A stretch of DNA of 64,000 nt, from contig JAHLVW010000062.1 in NCBI GenBank assembly GCA_019058275.1, positions 1 to 64,000 on the forward strand. Reading direction: 5' to 3'. Under the pieces are notes generated by a model. That model made no database searches. It saw only the letters and a program-made list of their open reading frames with translations, and had not been told where the DNA came from. The DNA comes from Candidatus Heimdallarchaeota archaeon (lineage in GTDB: Archaea; Asgardarchaeota; Heimdallarchaeia; JABLTI01). The position numbers and the translations under genes are program-made. Below are positions 58,394 to 64,000 of the stretch, piece by piece. Each line of letters starts with the position of its first letter. Within the stretch, counting starts at the first letter, position 1.

Positions 58394-58957
58394 TTAGTTA
58401 ATATCAGATGAGGATTTTTTCTTATTTAATCTGATGAAAATATCTAGAAGAATTCCTGAGATAATTATTAATGAAAAATATATGGTAGCAAATATAAAAC
58501 CAATTGAATATTTTGTTTCAGCATGCAAACTCTTTAAGTAAGCTACAAATGGAATCTGTAAAAGCGTACCAGCTAACCCAATAATTCCACAGATAATAAC
58601 CAGTATACTAAATACTTCCCTGAAATGCTTGAAATACCTATCACCTCTATTTAAAGAAAAACCTAAACTTGGAACTAATATAAACGAAGAAACAAGCCCA
58701 ATTATAATTAGCACCAACGAAAATATTGGAAAGTTAGTTAAAGTACCTGATCCTCCTTCAGAAATTATAACACCGTCTTTATATAAATTCCAATATCCAT
58801 AAAAAAATGTTTGATATTTATAATCGTCTCCAGTAACTGTCCATTCCCTTATAGTAAAAGGTGTAAAGATAATAGTAATGATTCCAGCTACTACAATTAT
58901 GATTACAATGAAACCTGCTAACATATTCTTGTTTAAAGTCCTATTTGTCATTAGCAA
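58394..58957 (-). CDS. Four-TM hypothetical membrane protein
   Basis: Four hydrophobic helices with a W/GYW-containing first loop. Confidence 0.65.
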   Translation of the reverse strand: MLMTNRTLNKNMLAGFIVIIIVVAGIITIIFTPFTIREWTVTGDDYKYQTFFYGYWNLYKDGVIISEGGSGTLTNFPIFSLVLIIIGLVSSFILVPSLGFSLNRGDRYFKHFREVFSILVIICGIIGLAGTLLQIPFVAYLKSLHAETKYSIGFIFATIYFSLIIISGILLDIFIRLNKKKSSSDIN

Positions 58958-59027
58958 TCACTCTTACGATAATTATTTCATTGTTAATTTAGTTTATTAC
59001 TTATTCCATTTTCTACCTGTTGGTAGT

Positions 59028-60296
59028 TTAACTATACTCTTCATCAATAAGCTTGACAAAACACAATGAGATACCTATAACATCATTAAGGAATTTTTTA
59101 TCTATACATTCTATTGTATCTTGTAGAGTATGCCAATTAACAGGTTTCCAAGATTCATCTCTTACACCAATTATAAAAGCAGATTCATAACCAGCTTTGA
59201 CATAGATATTTGCGTTTGATGATCCCATTAGAAGCTTACCCCTAGTACATGGAATTGCATCCTCGTTTTGTTTTCTGTAAATTTCATATGCTTTCACAAA
59301 TCGACTAACAACTTCTTGACTATATCTTGCCAAATGCATGTAATCTTCTTCAACAATAACAATTACTTTGCCAGCCCCAATACATTCATACACAAGAGAT
59401 AAAGAATCTTGAAAGAGCTCAGGATTATTTCTAACAAAATGATAAGCACCTCTTTCACCGATTTCTTCTGATCCAGTTGATACTATTATTAATTCAACAT
59501 TTTTCAGTCTATTTTTGCTGAAGTATTTACCAACTGCTGCAGCTACTGCTGTTCCAGATAGGTTATCGTTTGCTCCCATCACAGTTTTCCCATATATTAC
59601 TCCTAAGAAGAAAATAATGTACAATATCAATAGAACAAAGATGATTGGAATAATATATAAATCAAACTTTGTTAATTCAAATATAAACCAATTATAACTC
59701 ACCAAATGATCAACTGATGATGATTGAAGACTTACTTTAACAATAGAATAAATAAGAACAAAAAATCCATAGACTAATAAATTACTATATAATATGACTT
59801 CATAAAATCGATTGTTAATTTTACCAATATGTAATTCCTTAGCAGAATCTGTGTGACCATCCAAGATAACCCTGCATTTTGTTTCTTCTCGAGGTTTAAT
59901 TATTCCAAAAACATTAGAAGAAGTTTTTTTCTTATAAAGAAATTTTAGAATCCCCTTTAGAAGCATAAACTCAAAGAAATAAACTAGCATACCCAATAAG
60001 ATTATAACGGAAGCAAAAATAGAAAAAGGATACTTCAAAGGGAGCATCAAAAAAGAAAATACTCCTAAAGCAAAAACCATTCTAAGTACACCTTGAGGAT
60101 AGAAATGAGGATGTACTTTGAATTCTTCAATGTTAGTTTCATCACAAAACTTAGACCATTTCTCCTTTATCCATTTGTTTGCTTTATCCTCTGCTTCAGA
60201 TCCTGAATATCTTGGTCCAAAATCTTCACAAATTGTCTCAATAAAATCATACGTATAATCAACATAGGAATCTAAGTTTTCCAGTAGTATCACCAA
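59028..60296 (-). CDS. M28 family metallopeptidase with inserted TM hairpins
   Basis: GPR.SGS.AE, GHTDS, GANDNLSG, GSEE.G..GA, WH...D. Confidence 0.88.
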   Translation of the reverse strand: MVILLENLDSYVDYTYDFIETICEDFGPRYSGSEAEDKANKWIKEKWSKFCDETNIEEFKVHPHFYPQGVLRMVFALGVFSFLMLPLKYPFSIFASVIILLGMLVYFFEFMLLKGILKFLYKKKTSSNVFGIIKPREETKCRVILDGHTDSAKELHIGKINNRFYEVILYSNLLVYGFFVLIYSIVKVSLQSSSVDHLVSYNWFIFELTKFDLYIIPIIFVLLILYIIFFLGVIYGKTVMGANDNLSGTAVAAAVGKYFSKNRLKNVELIIVSTGSEEIGERGAYHFVRNNPELFQDSLSLVYECIGAGKVIVIVEEDYMHLARYSQEVVSRFVKAYEIYRKQNEDAIPCTRGKLLMGSSNANIYVKAGYESAFIIGVRDESWKPVNWHTLQDTIECIDKKFLNDVIGISLCFVKLIDEEYS

Positions 60297-60361
60297 TCTT
60301 TTCCAATAAAAGAGATAAGCTAATCACATTAATAATTATAATTGTTAAAATTATCTTTTGT

Positions 60362-61138
60362 CTAATCATCTTTAATATAATCATCCATTGTAACCTTAGG
60401 TTTTTCATTAGCTAAAGATGGAAAAATCTCTTGCCAAGGAACTTCTAGAGCCTCAAGATTATTAGCTCTTAAAACATTCATAACCTTGCTACTGAAGCTT
60501 TGTGCTACAAGAATTCCTTGAACCTTTATTTTTTCAACTTCTTCGAAATACTCAACATATCTTTTAAGTTGATGTGCATCAGCAGGAGTTGCCCCTCTTT
60601 TCTTTACTTCAACAATGATTGGGTTTCCACTCTTGTCAACTCCCCTTAAATCAAGAAAACCAAAAGGTGTTTCAAATTCCCTGGCTGTTGGTTGAAAGTT
60701 TTTATCAATAATTTCTGGATGACTAAATAAATAATCAGATAAATCGCTTTCTGAACCGTAGATGCTTAATGAAGCAGAGTCATGAGCATCGTATATTGTT
60801 GCTTGATATATTTCATCAAAGAGTATTTCTAAGGTTTCTTTTGTTTTCGGACGATACGTTCGAACAACAAGCTTTTCATCTTCAATGAGGTAGTTAATCT
60901 TTCCAGCTCCGCTCAGTTGCCAGTTTAAAGGTTTCAACCCCTTAGAACCATGTAAAATCAATGTTTCATCCTTTTTCACAAAGAGCATTCTGTCACCTTT
61001 TGGAAGAAAGGATTTAATTCTACCATCAAAAATTGCAGTACAAGATCCAAAGAGGACAATCATTTTTTTGCAAGCTTCATCTAAAAGCTTCTCAACAAGC
61101 TTTTGCTGTTTTTCTGGTAGATTTTTGGTTCTTTTCAT
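60362..61138 (-). CDS. nucs: Endonuclease NucS (EndoMS)
   Basis: C...FDGR.KS.L..GDR, KPLNWQ, E..L, RE....G..D, VEVK, QL.RY. Confidence 0.93.
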   Translation of the reverse strand: MKRTKNLPEKQQKLVEKLLDEACKKMIVLFGSCTAIFDGRIKSFLPKGDRMLFVKKDETLILHGSKGLKPLNWQLSGAGKINYLIEDEKLVVRTYRPKTKETLEILFDEIYQATIYDAHDSASLSIYGSESDLSDYLFSHPEIIDKNFQPTAREFETPFGFLDLRGVDKSGNPIIVEVKKRGATPADAHQLKRYVEYFEEVEKIKVQGILVAQSFSSKVMNVLRANNLEALEVPWQEIFPSLANEKPKVTMDDYIKDD

Positions 61139-61339
61139 TTTATCTAGTCCTCTAGTAGTTATTTAACTTGTAAGGGTTTATTCTCATTCTTTAAATTAAG
61201 ATAAGTGTTAGTTTATTTAGATTTTCTAATTATCAGAAAAATCTCGAATGTTAAAAGCTGATGAAGCTAAAAGCTAGAAAATGTGTTAAAAAGATTATGA
61301 AGAGCTTATTAAAAATGATGAGAATCCTCCTTAACTCAT

Positions 61340-62338
61340 CTATTCTTCTCCCAGATTCATTTTTAGACACTTAATAACTCTTTCAATATTTTCTTCTGTT
61401 GGATGAAAATATACCCATCCATAAGTTATAGTATTAAGGTAAGCCATAATTTTATAGATTCGCTTTCTAACATCATTTTTATTTGGAATTTCTATTCCAT
61501 AATTATCGAAGAAAATTTGCTCTAGCTGCTCATCAAGTAACCACATTTCTTGAATGTCAAATAGCTCAAGTAAAGTGTCTCCTGCATATGACCATTCAAA
61601 ATCTAATATTGCACTGATTTTCATACTTTTTTTATCTTTTATTACGACATTTGATGGATTTAGATCTGCATGAATAAGACTTGGTTTAGAACTATAAGAT
61701 ACTCTATCCAAATTATCCTCTACAAATTTCTGTGCTTTCATGATCAGATTTGTAGGTATAATTGTACGAGTACCAAGAAGCCTTGTCGTTCTTCTTAAAT
61801 TAGCTTTCAAAAAACTTGCATAAGTGTAAAATCTTCTTGGACAGCGATATTCCTCAATTTCTCCAAACATGTCAAACTTAACTGCATGAATATTCTTAAC
61901 AATTTTAGAGAATTCTTCAATAAAAATTTCTTTCTTTGTAGAATCTAAATCTATCCAGATATTTTCAAGATTTTCTCCTTGAACTTTAGACATTATAATA
62001 AATTTGCAACCTAATTTATTAGTATCTGATTCTATATGGAAAATTTCAGGAACCGGAACCATACTTCTCTCTTTAATAGGTATTCCAGTAGCTTTTTTGA
62101 CTACAGAGAATTGTCTCATAAGTTCTGCTTCTTTTTCTAATCGGTAAAATTCGTTTTCAACAGTAACTGGTCTAGTTAAAATTTTCATTACATACCTTTT
62201 TCCTTCAACTTCAAAACTGTATAGAGTATTTACAGCCAATTTAGTGAGCAATTGTAATTTCATTATTTTATCTGTTTCAAAAATTTCCACAAGAATTGAT
62301 TTAATGCTATTTGAAGTTAATTCAGTCACTGTTTCCAC
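61340..62338 (-). CDS. Aminoglycoside phosphotransferase / choline kinase-like protein
   Basis: VPVP, LIHADLNPSN, ILDFEW..GD. Confidence 0.88.
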   Translation of the reverse strand: METVTELTSNSIKSILVEIFETDKIMKLQLLTKLAVNTLYSFEVEGKRYVMKILTRPVTVENEFYRLEKEAELMRQFSVVKKATGIPIKERSMVPVPEIFHIESDTNKLGCKFIIMSKVQGENLENIWIDLDSTKKEIFIEEFSKIVKNIHAVKFDMFGEIEEYRCPRRFYTYASFLKANLRRTTRLLGTRTIIPTNLIMKAQKFVEDNLDRVSYSSKPSLIHADLNPSNVVIKDKKSMKISAILDFEWSYAGDTLLELFDIQEMWLLDEQLEQIFFDNYGIEIPNKNDVRKRIYKIMAYLNTITYGWVYFHPTEENIERVIKCLKMNLGEE

Positions 62339-62452
62339 CAGTTATCATTCGCGAAAATTATTTTGCTTATGAATTTCAGAGTTTATATTGAAACCTTTTA
62401 AAATAAAAAATAATTCTAGAATCTGTAATAAGAAGCTTTTGAGGATTACAAA

Positions 62453-63271
62453 TTGAAACTGGGCATTTCGTTTACAATGGGGTTTAAGGGAATTAACACA
62501 ATTTCAGATTTCCTAGCATTTGCTTATAAAAAAGAATTAGCTGGTGTAGAACTTGTCGCAGAACCACCATTTTGTTTCATTGACAACATGAATGATAAAG
62601 ATGTTCAAGATATTAAAAAGCAAGCAGCTAATTTTGGTTTGGAACTCTCTCTTCATGCAACATTCTCAGATGTAAATATCTCAGCTTATAATCCAAATGT
62701 AAGAAATTACTTTCTCAATTTAATGAAGCAAAATATTGATTTTAGTCAAAAAATTGGTTCTGAAATTGTTACAATACATCCTGGAGAGCTTAGTGCAGCA
62801 GGAGCTTCATTTCCTGATGATGTAAAACGTTTGAATTTTGAATCATTTCAGTTTCTAGCAAAATATGCTGAAAAAAAGTTTGTAAAGATTGGTTATGAAA
62901 ATATGCCTATAATGACTTGGAGTCAAATGGAAGAAAGCTATACACCAATATTGATACAATCGATAGTTGACAAAATTAACTCTAAATCATTAGGAATAAC
63001 TTGGGATGTAGGGCATTCAAAAACAACAGAATTCAGTATGGAGGGTTTTGCTAACTCATTTAAGGGTAATTTAGTTCATGTTCATATCCATGATAATACT
63101 GGACCAGGTAAAGGCTGGGTTGATAAACATCTCGAGATAGGTAAAGGAACAATTGATTGGTCGAATCTATTGGGTTTGATAAAAAAACTCGATTATCGTG
63201 GTGTATTAATAATGGAATTAGATAATTGCTCCAAAATTGAGAACTCTTTAGAGTACTTGAAAAATTTGTAA
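62453..63271 (+). CDS. Sugar phosphate isomerase/epimerase (AP endonuclease 2 TIM barrel)
   Basis: SLHA.F.D.N, TIHPG, ENM, WDVGH, HVHIHDN, HL..G.G.IDW. Confidence 0.88.
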   Translation: MKLGISFTMGFKGINTISDFLAFAYKKELAGVELVAEPPFCFIDNMNDKDVQDIKKQAANFGLELSLHATFSDVNISAYNPNVRNYFLNLMKQNIDFSQKIGSEIVTIHPGELSAAGASFPDDVKRLNFESFQFLAKYAEKKFVKIGYENMPIMTWSQMEESYTPILIQSIVDKINSKSLGITWDVGHSKTTEFSMEGFANSFKGNLVHVHIHDNTGPGKGWVDKHLEIGKGTIDWSNLLGLIKKLDYRGVLIMELDNCSKIENSLEYLKNL

Positions 63272-63292
63272 CAAAAAATACTTGGGTTTGAT

Positions 63293-63739
63293 CTATCCTT
63301 TTTTGATAAATTCATTAAACCTTTTAAGAATATCCTCTTGGTTGTTTTCTTGTAAGAATTTAGTAAATAGCTTAATTTTTTCAACAGTATCTTTCGATAA
63401 ATCATGTTCCATTATACAACAATCATGATTGGCATCTTCTTCGTTTACACCTATTAATTTTAAGAATTGATTTATCATCTCATGTCTTTCTTTAACATCT
63501 AATGCTATTTTGGAACCCTCTTCTGTCAAAGTAATAGTACTATATTTTTCATAATATACCAAATTGTTGCTTTTTAGTTTAATAATCATCTCAGTAACAC
63601 TTGCTTTGCTAACACCAAGGGATTTAGCTATTTCTGTCACTTGAGCAAATCCTTTATTCTCACTAAGAACAAGAATACTTTCTAAATAATCTTCGATAGT
63701 TGATGTAATTGTTAGAACAGAATCTGTTTTCATACTCAA
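63293..63739 (-). CDS. DtxR/MntR family metal-dependent transcription regulator
   Basis: EDYLESI, IAKSLGVSKASVTEM, LT..G...A.....RH, CIMEH. Confidence 0.92.
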   Translation of the reverse strand: MSMKTDSVLTITSTIEDYLESILVLSENKGFAQVTEIAKSLGVSKASVTEMIIKLKSNNLVYYEKYSTITLTEEGSKIALDVKERHEMINQFLKLIGVNEEDANHDCCIMEHDLSKDTVEKIKLFTKFLQENNQEDILKRFNEFIKKG

Positions 63740-64000
63740 TACTAGCTCGCCTAACTGAAATAGATATATGTAGATTATTGTTCTTTTTATCTATATAATT
63801 AATGGATTATATGCTTAAGTGAAAGTGATATTTCAAATAAAAGCAATATGCTAGTATGCAAATAAGTAATAATTTTCATAGGAAAATTTATCTTTATATG
63901 GAATTTTTCTTATCATGAAAGCAATGGAATTTTCATATTAACACAATAATTGTGTGGTATGTAGTTTTGAAAGAAGATCTAAAGTGGTTAGTAAAAGAAT

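Noticed and set aside
58394-58957. Claudin/PMP22-like assignment of the four-TM protein
   Set aside because: W and GYW are present in loop 1, but the conserved cysteine pair of the W-GLW-C-C signature is absent.
61340-62338. Antibiotic-resistance interpretation of the APH-family gene
   Set aside because: The motifs identify only the broad APH/choline-kinase fold; nothing indicates an aminoglycoside substrate.
1-64000. Genome-wide stop-codon reassignment (TGA or TAG)
   Set aside because: Both codons end many conserved genes at the expected positions (for example TAG at 8093 and 28572, TGA at 14186), so any recoding would be site-specific.
63780-64000. Short repeats (ATGGAATTTT) and CACAATAATTGTG palindrome upstream of the DtxR-family gene
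   Set aside because: The context is very AT-rich and truncated by the window edge, so it cannot be separated from chance.

Overview
AT-rich, gene-dense archaeal chromosomal segment, most likely from an Asgard archaeon. This taxonomy is inferred from archaeal markers (fae-hps, NucS, HerA, NurA, archaeal-type PGK motif) together with DENN/longin-like proteins and paired winged-helix regulators. Metabolic genes include a GH38 mannosidase, fae-hps, a divergent pgk, citC/citG, a leuCD/hacAB-type dehydratase, mvaD/mvk, a KorAB-type oxidoreductase, ferredoxin-thioredoxin reductase with a glutaredoxin, and a ferritin-like protein. There are also DNA-repair genes, many membrane proteins and several broken genes. 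I found no rRNA, tRNA, CRISPR array or transposase. Best leads: (1) an unannotated 95-codon gene (10891-11178, -) with an in-frame UGA exactly at a Cys position of a Cx3C repeat, paralogous to a neighbouring Cys-rich membrane protein; (2) two tandem long bactofilin-like genes that share an identical triple-palindrome operator abutting the TATA box; (3) trafficking-like proteins (DENN, longin, GOLD-like single-pass proteins, a propeller protein with an acidic-dileucine-like tail); (4) two structured intergenic RNA candidates; (5) unlinked HerA and a wHTH-fused NurA. All family calls come from motif recognition, not database searches.
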